From: a virus
Lineage: Duplodnaviria > Caudoviricetes
Virus record (IMG/VR): IMGVR_UViG_3300030116_003984
Location: 1 to 55,027 of that record
Length of the DNA: 55,027 nt
Strand: one strand, 5' to 3'
How positions within the stretch are numbered: the first letter of the stretch is position 1; each line of letters begins with the position of its first letter. The notes beneath the pieces were generated by a model, which was given only the letters and a program-made list of their open reading frames with translations, had not been told where the DNA came from and did no database searches. Made by a program: the position numbers and the translations under genes. This document shows, piece after piece, positions 1 through 10,606 of the stretch.

Positions 1-3000
1 GACCACCGTGATTTTCTTGTATAGCACGTCTAATTCTACCATCATAAAAAACAGACCTCAAATCTCTTACAGTTCCTTCCCAAGAAGTATAGTGAGCCAT
101 ATCTGCAATATGCTTTGCTAACACCATATCACCATCAGACAACTCTACCTCTTGCTTATGCTTTGTCCTTTGTTTCATAAAAGACTTAGTAGTACCTGTA
201 GTTGTATAAACTGCAGCTCCTTCAGGAGTTACTTCAGCTCCAGTTTTTTTGACAGCTGTTTTTAAAACCAAAGGTGAGTAGTTTGTTTGAAGCTCTGGCA
301 TAACGCCATATCTTTCAGCAGCTTGTTTCAATCCTTCTTGACCCGTCTTAGGGTAAAAAGTACCCAACTGCCATTCCATCCACTGCTTAACTTCTGGTTT
401 CAAAAATGCTTCCATAGCATCTATAACCTCTTGAGTATATCCGTTATTTTGCTCTAACTTTTCCTTGGCATCAGGATTTCTCCACTCCATAACTTTCTTG
501 TAAGCCTGATTTTGACTAACTGTAACTTTTCTAGGCCCGTCAGCAAATTCATAAGTTCCTATAGTTTTCGGCTTCGTGTTTGCATCTAATATTACTCTTA
601 AAGCATTTCCTGAAGTTTTATAAATATTTTCAAGAACAGTTTGTACTTCAGAGTAATACTGCTCTTGCTTTGCATTTTCTTTAAATTCAGAGATGTGTAC
701 GTTTTCAGTAAACTTACTTAATGCAGATTCATACATTCCAGAAGACTTGTCAAACTTAGAAACTTTGTCAATCAAAGCATCCCATCCTAACATCCAGTTT
801 TCTAGATTACTTATTTGCTCTATGGTTCTGCCAATGCGAGACGCATCTAATTTACCCTCTGCAGTAACAGCAACTCCATCTCCTTTGGTTAAAATCTTTA
901 AAAACTCTTCTACTCTAGCTTCTTTCTCAGCACTTCTTTCAGCGTCTTTGTGTTGTCTTTCAGTTCTGCCATCCTCAACAACTCTTTTCATTTTAGCCTG
1001 TAGATTTTGTAGCTGCTGATTAGAGTGAGATTTGTAACCAACAAATCCTAGCATTTCTATTTCGTTAGCCACATCTTTATACTCTTTTGAGCCAGACTCT
1101 AATGTCTCCATCTTATCAACAAGTTCAGCCATTCTATCTTGAGCCTGCTCTTTGGTCATCTCTGACCTCATCATCTCATTCATCTTATCAAATGTAGCTT
1201 GAGCTTCTGCAGTAGCTTTGCCCTTTCTGATAGAGCCCTGTTTTGTAACTTTCAATCCTTTTTTACCTAGAGTTTCTAACTGTGTAAGAAGCTCTCTGTT
1301 TTTAGCTTTTTCTGCAATAGCTACAATCTCTGTCAACGCTCTATGAGCTTGTTCTGGGCTTGTAACCTCAAACATCTTCTTAGTCATTCTTTTGACTTCT
1401 GACCTAGTAAGTATTGACTGAGGTATGCCAAGGTCTTCTTTGATAAACTTTTCTATTTCTCTCTTATAATCTTTTGTAAGTTTTCTAGTATTTATATCAC
1501 CTCTTTTCAATCCATCTCTGTAAGCACGTAGCTTATCCTCCATCACCTTACTTTGCGTTCTTGTGATAACTATCTCTGCTTGTTTGGTAAAATCAACTAC
1601 CTCTTGACCTACATCTTTTTGAGTAGCTTCTTTGTAGTTTTTAGCCATGCCAAGCTCAACCATACCACTTCTATGTAAAAACTCTAATTGAGTGTCTGTA
1701 AGTATTTTTTCAGGTATTACTTTTCTAGCTCTTGCAATAGTCTCATAGCTACCTAGCATATTTTTTTGACTTATTAAAGTCTTGATATACTCGTATGCAC
1801 CTGGTATTTGTTTTTCTATATTCTCTATAGTTTCTTTTCTTTTAGCCTCTGGCTGGAATATTTCATATTGTCTTTCTGATAAAGCTTCAACTTCAGCTCT
1901 TCTAGGAGATATAGTTCTTTCAGAAGATTTAGTAACATATGTGATTTTTGGAGTTCTTAGTCCGTTAGCCTCAAAGTATTCGTGGACAAACTTTTCTAAC
2001 CTAGCAACCTCGGCTTCAGCGTTCTTACCTCCCACTTTTATCTCTACACCTTTTATGTATGAAGGATGAGGGTCTGTAATCATAGCCTCAGTTCTGTTAG
2101 CATTTCTAGCCACCACAGAGTTATATCCAGCTTTTTTACCAAAGAATGCAGCGGCAGTTCCTTGTGTACCACCGCCCACCATAGACTCCACCATCATTTG
2201 TTCCATCATCTTGGTAACTCCTTCTACACCACCATTTTTATAAGCAGCCTTCCAGACCTTTTTACTTCTACCTGTCTCAAACATGTTTTTCATGCCAATC
2301 ATGTGCATGTGAGTTCTTTGTACAGCAGCTCCTTTACCGTTTGTTATTCTATAGTTGTTTTGATAAGCCACTCCATTGTGAACATCATAAGGCATTTTTC
2401 TGTCACCATATGCTATATCCTTAATCCTACCTTGAACACTCATATGCATGTCCATGAAGTTACCTGTAGCTCCAACATGGTGATGAGGAACTACAGCCAT
2501 TGGTGTTGCCTTGTTCCATTTAAATATTATGCCTGACGCTTCATGTGATAAGTACTGTCCGTCTGTAATTGATGCATATATTTTTTTACCAACACCTCTA
2601 GCATCAAATATTCCTTCTATTCCAGAAAAAGCTCCAAACACCGCTCTATCAGCCATTATTTCCGCCTCAATAAACTCCAGTGTTTCTTTCAATGTAATTC
2701 TATCTCTAGCTGTACCAACTGTGGATTGTTGGCCTTTTACTTTTCTTATCTCTTCGCCTTTTAAAAATTTCTTATATTGAGCATCAGTCATTTTGAAAGC
2801 GAGCATCTCTGCTGTAGAGCGTATAAGTTTATCTGAATCTTTTTTAAGAGCTTCTGTTCTACCTACCCATGGTTCATTCTTAGCAGCTGATTTTGTTATT
2901 GCTTTCAACACCTGCTCACTAACACCAGTTTTAACTTCATATAATTTTTCTACGTTTGATTTAGTAAACTGATATATATTAGTAGCTATCTTTTTTAGTT

Positions 3001-6000
3001 CAGCCTCTGTAGCTTTTGTACCAATCTCTTTTAGTCTTTCAACCATTGAGCTAATAGCCTCTCTTTTGAGTTGCGTTTTTCTTTCTGGAGTTTTTATATC
3101 AAGATACTCCATAGTGTTTTCTACACGCTCTGCAACATCTTTGTTGTATTTTGTTTTTATAGGAGTCTTAGCTCTTTCTGGCTGCGTAAAACTAGCCTCT
3201 GGCTGGAATGATTCAACAACCTTAGTTCCTTCAGGAGCAGACTCTATTGTACCATCAAATTTTTCTAAGTCTTTTTCAAACTGTTTGTTAGCCTCTTTGG
3301 CTTCCATGCCAAATTGTATCTCAGCTTCAATCCTTTCAGCTTCTTGTAATTTTTGTTTTTCAGCAGCATTCCTTTTAACATTAGCCTCGATGAACTTAGC
3401 AAACAAAGGCTTTTGTTTATAATCCGCTCCATCAATATCTTTAATAGCCTCCTCTACTTTCTTAAAGTCTAACTTCTGTGTTTCTAAAGCTGTAATAGCT
3501 TCATTAACAGATTTAATCTTGTCTGACTTTGATGAGTTAGCGTTATACTTAAATTTATATTGTTTAGCTGGAGCTTCTACGCTAGCTTCTATCCTAGAAG
3601 TGTTAGCGTTGTCCATTTTTACTAGAGCATCAGCAGCTTCTTTACGTGTTGATTTGCTAATAATCTGACCATCAGCACCCTCTATTGTAAATACTGTTTT
3701 GTCACTTTTACCTCTAGCTCTCGGTGTTGTTACTTTAGTAATTTCACCTATATACCTACCATCTGAAGCTATAACGCCTATAGGTGTTTTCTTAGCGCCA
3801 GCCTCCATAACAGAGCGGTCAGCTTTTTCTTTAAACGATAGTTTATTGTTAGACAATTTTCTTCGACCAGGCACATTGTCTATACCTGCCATTTGGTCAA
3901 ATATCTCTATAATCTCTGGAGTTAATTCTGCAGCCTCTACTTCTGTAGTTTTCTTGCCAGGCTCAACAATTCCTACTTTTTGTAAAGACTCTCTTACATT
4001 ACCATATATGTTTGTAAAAGCCTCTTTTATTACATCAAAAGCTTGTTTAAGCTCTTTAGGTGCGTTCTCAGGCAACGTTTCCCCTCTAGAAGCTAAATAC
4101 CTTTCCCAAGCATTAGCGGACATCTCACGTGTCTGTGCAGTCCAGGCATCTCCTTCCTTGTAGCCTTTTTGACCAGCCCATTCTGCAATAGCTTTTTTAG
4201 TGGCAGAAGGTATGTATGGTTCTATAAGGTGGTGTAACTCATGTGATATAGAAGAAACATCAGCTTTCTCAAAAGCTTTTATAAGTCTTTTACCATTCTC
4301 TTGTAGTGTCACGCTAGCTCTACCCTGTCTACCTTTTGCTGTGGTAACATCTTGTACTAGCTCAAAAAACTCTGCCTCGTTTCTACCTGTTTGTTTTTTC
4401 CACCATCTAGCTTGACCGTCAACAATCTTCATTATGGCATCTGACTCTTTTTCAGTGGCTTTAAACTTTTCTTTTACATCTTTTTCAAGCTTTTCTCTAG
4501 AGTATGGGTTTAACTCTCTTCTCAAGGCCTCCTGAGCTTGTTTAGCTTTACCAGTGCCTACTATGTCAAACTTTTCGTTAAGTCTATTAAAAACATCTCT
4601 TACATATACAGGCTCACCAGTTTCAGTCCCTTTCTTATACGTGTCTATGATTTTATCAATCTCTGTGGTTGTTTTTTCTTTTTTACCAGGATTGATTATG
4701 TCTTCAAGCTCTCGCCTAGGCTCTACCTCTGTTTTTGTCTCTACACGCTCTTGACTTCTTTTTATTTGCTCAGCAATAGCTTCTTGCTCAGCTCTAGCTT
4801 CAACCTCTCTTTTAGTTTCTGCTTGTTTAAAGAAATCTTCTTTTGCAGCTTCAAACTGCTGCGTGGTTTCTTTAGCCTTACCTTTTCTAGATATAGCTGT
4901 CTTGATAGGCCTAGCTTCTGCAGATGTAAGCTTTATTCCTTCAGGTGTGAATAGGTCAAACTTTTCAGAACCTTCCTTAAACTCCACCTTATACTCTTTA
5001 CCACCATAAGACAGGTCATATCTTTTTGGTGCTGTTTCAACAACTGTTTCAGGGGCTGTTTCAGTAGTCTCTGTTTTAACTTCTGGTTTTACTTCAGTTG
5101 TTTCTGTTTCTTTCTTAGCTACCTGCTCTTTTAGCTTAGCCTCCATTATCTCTATGTCGGAGCGCTCAGCCTCTATCTTTTCTGCAGTAGGTTTTACGTT
5201 TTGCCCTTCTAGATTGTTTTCTGCCTTGTCGTTTTTAGTGACAATATCTTCAAACTTTTCTTGTTTGGTTTCTTTTGTTTTTCTGTAATTTTCTATTTCT
5301 GTAGCATGCCACTCTAACTCTTTAGCAGCAGCTTCTACATCCTCTCTTACCTCACCCTTTTCATTCTTGTTTTTACTTCTTAAGTCTTCTGCAGTATGTC
5401 TTAGCTTTTCTGGGCTTCTCCAATACATGCCATATCGCATGTCTTTTATGATTCTTTTACCACCGAGACCATAACCCATACCTAATGAAAGTAAAACTCT
5501 ATTAGATACCTCATCTATATTTCCATAGTTTTCTTTCATGTCTTCTGAAAATCTATCAAAAGACTTTTCAGTAAACAAAGCTTTTTCTGCTGCATGTATT
5601 GTTTCAGAAACTTCTGAAGCTATAGCAAAAGAAGGCCCTGCGTTAAAAGCTTGAAATATTTTTTTAGCATAAGGATTTTTTATAACTAAATTAGATAAAG
5701 AATTTAAACCATCCTGAGTGGCAGCAAAACCTGCACCGCCTAAAAAGTCACCTCCAACAGCCTGAAACTTTTCTCCTTCTACATAATATCTAAGTCCATA
5801 ACCCATAGATTTTACTATAGGATTCTTTATAGCTTGAAGACCTTGTATAAGCTTAGGAACTCTTGCTACAGCTAGTGATTTATCTAAAACAGCAAATTGA
5901 ACAAGCATAGAAGCCAATCCACCAGCTTGCTGACTGGCTTGCTCCCCAAGTGTTTGCTCTAGAGCCTGCTCTACATCACTATCATACTGTACACCAGCCT

Positions 6001-7441
6001 CGTCTAAAATGCTAGTAACAAAGTTTCTAGAATCCATAACGGTAGGAGACTGCACTCCTTTCATGCCGTTAGCGAATGCTTTTAGTCCAGCGTCTGTATG
6101 GTATCTAAAGTTTTCTTTTAATGTTTCTGGGTCTTCGTTTAAACCATATAATCTAGCTGCAGCAAGCATTTTAGATTCTGCTGAGTATATTTTTTCATTA
6201 AGAGCTTTTATTCTTTTTTCTACTATAGCGGCATTATCTCCTCCTCCAAGACGCTGAGCATCCATTTGTCTAGCTTCAGATAATTCTTGTTGATACCTTT
6301 TACCTTGTTGTTTTAAAGAGTAAAAATTTAAAGCTGCTTCATCATAAGCCCTTTTCATAAAGTCCTTTGGACTTCCTGCGTTGTCGTATTGCTGTTTTAA
6401 ATCTTTTTCATCTTGCACTACCGACTGATAGAATTTATACTTTTCAGGGTCTTCAAAGTCTCCTGATTCAAAATTATAAAAATCATCAGTATCTCTGCCC
6501 TCTAGTAATTTAGCTCTAGTTTGTCTTAATTCATTTATTATAGATTCATCTTCTCCCTTCTCTATAGCAGAATTTAGTCTTAATGTAACATCTAATAATT
6601 CGGTATCTTTGTCACTAAATAAAATAGAGTTTTTAAGAACATTTCTTGCCTCACTATTAGCTATACTTGTTACTGCAGCATCCTTATTTTCAGGATTAGA
6701 TTCTGACGCCAATCTATTACCTAGTTCATTTGTTTTTGTAATATGAGCATAATCGTAAGCTTCGTCAAAAAGGTCTAATGCAGATTTTCTAGAAAGATTA
6801 AACTCTTTCGCAAAAGCTTCTGCCATCTCAACCTTAGCTTTTTTATCAGCTCCTAGGTCGTTTAAGTAGTCTATAGTTGATAATGTAGAAGGGTTTGTTG
6901 TTGGTTCTAAGCCAGTAGCTCGACCTTGCTGCTCGTTTTCTCTTTTTCTGTTTAGATAGTCTGCCTCTGAAGCTTCTAAACCTCTTTGGTCGCTTGTAAG
7001 ATACTCCTTCATTCTATTTAAAGCAGCCTCTCTGTTCTGAAGGTATTCTTGATTTTCCTGCTCGTTTTGCAGCTCATTATCTTCATTAACATAAAAAGTT
7101 CCACTAACAGGAACTTCTTTGCCTTCTGAAGCTAGAAACATTTTGTCAGACTTTACTGTTTCACCAAATTGGTCTATAAAGTCAAACTCTTCGTCAGTAG
7201 GTATTCTAAAAGTAGATTCAGTCTCTTTAGCATCCGCAGATTCCTCTACGGGCTGCATTTCTAATATTCCTAAATCCGAGGTATATTCTACTCCAGACTC
7301 CTCTTTTTTTTTACCGTATTTAGATTTGAAGTCGTTAACAACAAACTGAATGTTATCTTCAGATTCATTGTTGTTAATCATTTGCTGAACTATACCATCT
7401 AATCTAGTTCTGTCTTCTTCTAATAGAATTAAATCCTCCAT
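1..7441 (-). CDS. Giant virion cargo/polyvalent protein, >2480 aa, truncated by left window edge; zincin metallopeptidase domain
   Basis: ATG at 7441 overlaps the upstream stop (TAATG). Hand translation stays open to base 1 (MEDLILLEEDRTRLDGIVQQM...). In-frame HELHH at 4229-4243 is followed by REMSANAWERYL. Absent from the ORF track because no stop lies in the window. Confidence 0.85.
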   Translation of the reverse strand, partial: MEDLILLEEDRTRLDGIVQQMINNNESEDNIQFVVNDFKSKYGKKKEESGVEYTSDLGILEMQPVEESADAKETESTFRIPTDEEFDFIDQFGETVKSDKMFLASEGKEVPVSGTFYVNEDNELQNEQENQEYLQNREAALNRMKEYLTSDQRGLEASEADYLNRKRENEQQGRATGLEPTTNPSTLSTIDYLNDLGADKKAKVEMAEAFAKEFNLSRKSALDLFDEAYDYAHITKTNELGNRLASESNPENKDAAVTSIANSEARNVLKNSILFSDKDTELLDVTLRLNSAIEKGEDESIINELRQTRAKLLEGRDTDDFYNFESGDFEDPEKYKFYQSVVQDEKDLKQQYDNAGSPKDFMKRAYDEAALNFYSLKQQGKRYQQELSEARQMDAQRLGGGDNAAIVEKRIKALNEKIYSAESKMLAAARLYGLNEDPETLKENFRYHTDAGLKAFANGMKGVQSPTVMDSRNFVTSILDEAGVQYDSDVEQALEQTLGEQASQQAGGLASMLVQFAVLDKSLAVARVPKLIQGLQAIKNPIVKSMGYGLRYYVEGEKFQAVGGDFLGGAGFAATQDGLNSLSNLVIKNPYAKKIFQAFNAGPSFAIASEVSETIHAAEKALFTEKSFDRFSEDMKENYGNIDEVSNRVLLSLGMGYGLGGKRIIKDMRYGMYWRSPEKLRHTAEDLRSKNKNEKGEVREDVEAAAKELEWHATEIENYRKTKETKQEKFEDIVTKNDKAENNLEGQNVKPTAEKIEAERSDIEIMEAKLKEQVAKKETETTEVKPEVKTETTETAPETVVETAPKRYDLSYGGKEYKVEFKEGSEKFDLFTPEGIKLTSAEARPIKTAISRKGKAKETTQQFEAAKEDFFKQAETKREVEARAEQEAIAEQIKRSQERVETKTEVEPRRELEDIINPGKKEKTTTEIDKIIDTYKKGTETGEPVYVRDVFNRLNEKFDIVGTGKAKQAQEALRRELNPYSREKLEKDVKEKFKATEKESDAIMKIVDGQARWWKKQTGRNEAEFFELVQDVTTAKGRQGRASVTLQENGKRLIKAFEKADVSSISHELHHLIEPYIPSATKKAIAEWAGQKGYKEGDAWTAQTREMSANAWERYLASRGETLPENAPKELKQAFDVIKEAFTNIYGNVRESLQKVGIVEPGKKTTEVEAAELTPEIIEIFDQMAGIDNVPGRRKLSNNKLSFKEKADRSVMEAGAKKTPIGVIASDGRYIGEITKVTTPRARGKSDKTVFTIEGADGQIISKSTRKEAADALVKMDNANTSRIEASVEAPAKQYKFKYNANSSKSDKIKSVNEAITALETQKLDFKKVEEAIKDIDGADYKQKPLFAKFIEANVKRNAAEKQKLQEAERIEAEIQFGMEAKEANKQFEKDLEKFDGTIESAPEGTKVVESFQPEASFTQPERAKTPIKTKYNKDVAERVENTMEYLDIKTPERKTQLKREAISSMVERLKEIGTKATEAELKKIATNIYQFTKSNVEKLYEVKTGVSEQVLKAITKSAAKNEPWVGRTEALKKDSDKLIRSTAEMLAFKMTDAQYKKFLKGEEIRKVKGQQSTVGTARDRITLKETLEFIEAEIMADRAVFGAFSGIEGIFDARGVGKKIYASITDGQYLSHEASGIIFKWNKATPMAVVPHHHVGATGNFMDMHMSVQGRIKDIAYGDRKMPYDVHNGVAYQNNYRITNGKGAAVQRTHMHMIGMKNMFETGRSKKVWKAAYKNGGVEGVTKMMEQMMVESMVGGGTQGTAAAFFGKKAGYNSVVARNANRTEAMITDPHPSYIKGVEIKVGGKNAEAEVARLEKFVHEYFEANGLRTPKITYVTKSSERTISPRRAEVEALSERQYEIFQPEAKRKETIENIEKQIPGAYEYIKTLISQKNMLGSYETIARARKVIPEKILTDTQLEFLHRSGMVELGMAKNYKEATQKDVGQEVVDFTKQAEIVITRTQSKVMEDKLRAYRDGLKRGDINTRKLTKDYKREIEKFIKEDLGIPQSILTRSEVKRMTKKMFEVTSPEQAHRALTEIVAIAEKAKNRELLTQLETLGKKGLKVTKQGSIRKGKATAEAQATFDKMNEMMRSEMTKEQAQDRMAELVDKMETLESGSKEYKDVANEIEMLGFVGYKSHSNQQLQNLQAKMKRVVEDGRTERQHKDAERSAEKEARVEEFLKILTKGDGVAVTAEGKLDASRIGRTIEQISNLENWMLGWDALIDKVSKFDKSSGMYESALSKFTENVHISEFKENAKQEQYYSEVQTVLENIYKTSGNALRVILDANTKPKTIGTYEFADGPRKVTVSQNQAYKKVMEWRNPDAKEKLEQNNGYTQEVIDAMEAFLKPEVKQWMEWQLGTFYPKTGQEGLKQAAERYGVMPELQTNYSPLVLKTAVKKTGAEVTPEGAAVYTTTGTTKSFMKQRTKHKQEVELSDGDMVLAKHIADMAHYTSWEGTVRDLRSVFYDGRIRRAIQENHGG

Positions 7442-8964
7442 TAATACTCGTACCTTTTTCTTAAGTCGTTTATTATTTGTTCTTTGTCTTGATTTTTATC
7501 ACCCCCCATAACCTGCTCAAACAACCTGTTTGCATCAGCATCACTTATTGTAACACTTCCATCTCTAGCATCTACATTATATCTTTCTCTTTGTCTTATT
7601 TCATCAGTCTTACCCTTTTGTTTTTCATTCCAAAGATTTTGATAATAAGTAGTCATCTCTGTAGCTCCGCTTATATATTGAGAAGCTCCAGGAACACTTG
7701 ACTCAACCTGGTCTAGAGGAACGTATATACCCTCTGCAGGAGTTGCTACGTCTCCTGTTAATTTGTCTCTAGTGGCACTAGTTTCTGCTAGAAGCATAGC
7801 TTGATAAGTATATCCTTTAGCTGTGGATAAGCCAGCTCTAAAGTCATCTTCTTCTTGTTGCGTTGCTATTTCGCCATTAGGTTTAACTAAAGCAATCTGA
7901 GCAACACCGTTTTGTAAATTTAACACATCAGATGTCCCAGAAACTGTGCTTCCATCAAACCTACGGACATCAGCTCCAGATTGTATATTAAAGTTTCCTT
8001 TAGGTATAGATTGCTGTTGATAAGCTGTATATTCATACGTGTCATCTCCAACACCCATAACCTTATTAGGCTGAGCGCTACCATCAATAGCATCAACAGT
8101 TTTCTTACCACCACCACCAAAGTTTATAGCTAAACCACCGCCTGCTCCTACAGACGTTTCACTAAAGTCGCCTTTAGCAGCATATCTAGCCGACATAGCA
8201 GCAGCATAATCTTCAGCATTTTCAAACTGTACACCATCAAACATTCCGCCTTCTTGCTGAAAGTCAGAGTCTATACTTCTTTTAAACATAGGGTCTGTTC
8301 TATAAGAACTTCTTACAGCAGACTCTACATCTTCTCTGCTTTGACTTCCTCCTGATTTAGTTCTATATATTCTACCTCCTTGACCTGTTTTTTCTGTTGT
8401 AATCTGTCCTGTTTTAGGAACAGATGTCAGTATGGTTCTAAACTGACCAGCTAAACCTTTTGTCTCTGGAGTAAAGAATCTTTGGTAATCATTCTCAAAA
8501 TCCCCTGATGTCTTAGCGAACCTGTCAAACTCAGACATTCCATCCTCACCATAAACCTCTTTAAATTTGTCGGGATTTTTAAATAACAATGTTTGAGCAT
8601 CATTATAGAATTTTTGAGATTCTGCTGAGCTAGCAGCAAACTGCTTTAACTCTTGTTCCATTTTTCTTTTTTGAAGATAAATGTCTGTATTTTTAGACGG
8701 AGTCTGCAATGCATCAGAATTTGTTTTTACAAAGTCTAAATATTCATTGTACTTTTCGTTAAACTGAGGCAGGTCTCTATTCCAAAGCTTAGAAGTTTCA
8801 ATGTTAACTAAAGATTCTTTAAATCTTTTTTCTCTTGCTTGAAATTCTTTTTTCTTCCTATCCCTCATTTTAAGCTCAAAGTCAACTAGACCAGATGTAT
8901 CAAACACCTGAGCTAATCCAGAACCTTCTCTTCCTAAAAATACTTGTGATTTAGCGTCTGCCAT
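7441..8964 (-). CDS. Internal virion/ejection (cargo) protein
   Basis: 507 aa with helical charged N-terminus; lies between the small cargo gene and the giant gene as in crAss-like cargo triplets; TAATG coupling. Confidence 0.6.
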   Translation of the reverse strand: MADAKSQVFLGREGSGLAQVFDTSGLVDFELKMRDRKKKEFQAREKRFKESLVNIETSKLWNRDLPQFNEKYNEYLDFVKTNSDALQTPSKNTDIYLQKRKMEQELKQFAASSAESQKFYNDAQTLLFKNPDKFKEVYGEDGMSEFDRFAKTSGDFENDYQRFFTPETKGLAGQFRTILTSVPKTGQITTEKTGQGGRIYRTKSGGSQSREDVESAVRSSYRTDPMFKRSIDSDFQQEGGMFDGVQFENAEDYAAAMSARYAAKGDFSETSVGAGGGLAINFGGGGKKTVDAIDGSAQPNKVMGVGDDTYEYTAYQQQSIPKGNFNIQSGADVRRFDGSTVSGTSDVLNLQNGVAQIALVKPNGEIATQQEEDDFRAGLSTAKGYTYQAMLLAETSATRDKLTGDVATPAEGIYVPLDQVESSVPGASQYISGATEMTTYYQNLWNEKQKGKTDEIRQRERYNVDARDGSVTISDADANRLFEQVMGGDKNQDKEQIINDLRKRYEY

Positions 8965-9875
8965 TACATTGCCATATTTGATTGTATAATATTCTGTATT
9001 TGTAATTGACTCATCTGTGCTAGCTGTTCAGGAGTGTAACCCATATCAGTAAGCATTCTTTGAACACCTTCAGACAAACTGTTGAATGTGCTATTATTTA
9101 AACCGTTTTGAATAGCTGGGTCGTTTGAAAAAAATGAGTTGTTTTGACTTGAGTTGTCCATAAATTGAGCATAAGGATTATTTAATCCTTGGTAAAAAGC
9201 TCGATTCATCTCTCCTTTCTTTTCACGAAAAGAATCTCTAAAAGTCTTACCACCTATTTCAATTTTTCTAAAATTTGGAGCTTTTTCACCAGGAGCAAGT
9301 CCTTTAGCTGCTTCTGCTTTGTATTCGCTTTTCAGCTCACGCTTCATATCTCGAATATCTCTTTGCTGCTGGTTGTATCCAGACATCTCCATCTTAGCGT
9401 AAGTTTCAGCTGCTCCAAAAATATTTTGCAATCCAGCACCTTGCAAAGCAGATGCTGCTGCTGCCCTATCTTGATATGGTTGCATTTCGTTTATATCAAA
9501 CTCTCGGTCTTCAAATTGAGCCATTTGTTGTCTCATTTGCTGCAAAGCAGATATGTTTCTTATTCTTTGCTCGGCATCCATTTGAGCCAACTGCTGCTGA
9601 CCAGCTATTTCTCTTTGTTGAACACCTGCAACAGCACCTATACCAGCTTTTCTATCAGATAATCCCTCAAAAGACGCTGCTCTTGTGTCAACCATCCCTT
9701 GTAAAAAGTTTTGTCTAGTCTGCTCAGGAAGACCCCTTATAGCCATTCTTTCAGCATCATCCATAGCGTCAAGCATGGATTGAGGAATTTCGTAAGTTGG
9801 CCTAACGTTGTCTTTGGCATCTTTAGCACCCTTTATAGTTTGATAGAGACCAAATCCAGCCTGTCCGATTGTCAT
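8964..9875 (-). CDS. Internal virion/ejection protein (Gln/Ala/Gly-rich); start may be ATC at 9893
   Basis: 303 aa, GQAGFGLYQ N-terminus, Q/M-rich helices, own promoter upstream. Confidence 0.6.
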   Translation of the reverse strand: MTIGQAGFGLYQTIKGAKDAKDNVRPTYEIPQSMLDAMDDAERMAIRGLPEQTRQNFLQGMVDTRAASFEGLSDRKAGIGAVAGVQQREIAGQQQLAQMDAEQRIRNISALQQMRQQMAQFEDREFDINEMQPYQDRAAAASALQGAGLQNIFGAAETYAKMEMSGYNQQQRDIRDMKRELKSEYKAEAAKGLAPGEKAPNFRKIEIGGKTFRDSFREKKGEMNRAFYQGLNNPYAQFMDNSSQNNSFFSNDPAIQNGLNNSTFNSLSEGVQRMLTDMGYTPEQLAQMSQLQIQNIIQSNMAM

Positions 9876-9921
9876 TAATGTTAGCGGGTCGATAGCGGTG
9901 TGATTTTAGATTAAATAATTA

Positions 9922-9953
9922 CAAATATAACAAAATTCACTTTTTAAAGCAAA
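9922..9953 (-). promoter_or_regulatory. Bacteroidota primary-sigma promoter for cargo genes
   Basis: Minus strand TTTG-N20-TATATTTG. Confidence 0.75.
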
Positions 9954-10595
9954 TTAATCGTTTCTATAAGATTTAGAAACATTAAAGTTTACAGCGAATA
10001 ATTTAACCAGCTGATTTTTAAAGTAACTAAATCTTGCTAATACAGAATGGCTTCTTATCCTATCTCCATTAATAATACCCCCTGGGCTATTCTCGTCCAT
10101 AGGTATTCTTGCAAAGTGAACATTTTCTAGAGTTCCATGTCCAGGTTGAAAATTAAAATCGTTTCCTTTAGTAAAAGCTTGCTCTGGAACTCTTGTTACT
10201 TGACCCTCTTCTGTTTCTATATAATCTACCTCCCATATATCACTAGACTCTTCTGATAATGATTGATATATTTTAGTTTCAGAGGGACTTGCGTTACTAA
10301 CAGTTGTTATTCTTGAAGGAAAAGATTGAATTATAGGTTGCCCAAGAATGTTTTCTCTAGCAAAAGAATTATAGTTATCTTCATCTCTGTCGTGAATAAA
10401 CAACTCCCCACGTAAAAAAGAAGCTACTTCTATACCTATTTGACAAAATGCTTCAGGAAAAAAAGAATAAAAAGAAGTCCATCTATTAGTTTTTTCGTGA
10501 AACGATATTGTCTCAGGAGGAAATATATAATCTTTTAAATAATATTGTCCGTCAATTAGTATTAATGTTTGGTCTTCTTCTAGTTGTATAGGCAT
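9954..10595 (-). CDS. C-terminal part of tail muzzle/stabilisation protein
   Basis: ETISFHEKTNRWTSFYSFFPE and KLFAVN motifs typical of the C-terminal third of crAss-like tail stabilisation proteins. Confidence 0.65.
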   Translation of the reverse strand: MPIQLEEDQTLILIDGQYYLKDYIFPPETISFHEKTNRWTSFYSFFPEAFCQIGIEVASFLRGELFIHDRDEDNYNSFARENILGQPIIQSFPSRITTVSNASPSETKIYQSLSEESSDIWEVDYIETEEGQVTRVPEQAFTKGNDFNFQPGHGTLENVHFARIPMDENSPGGIINGDRIRSHSVLARFSYFKNQLVKLFAVNFNVSKSYRND

Positions 10596-10606
10596 AGTTT
10601 TAATAT

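Noticed and set aside
3420-3445. DIDGAD in the giant protein as an RNA polymerase DxDGD motif
   Set aside because: Spacing is wrong and the context is a charged helix; no polymerase motif seen in the visible part
693-7349. Many plus-strand ORFs in the track (S/L/F-rich)
   Set aside because: Antisense shadows of the giant minus-strand gene; the same applies to short antisense ORFs across the structural module
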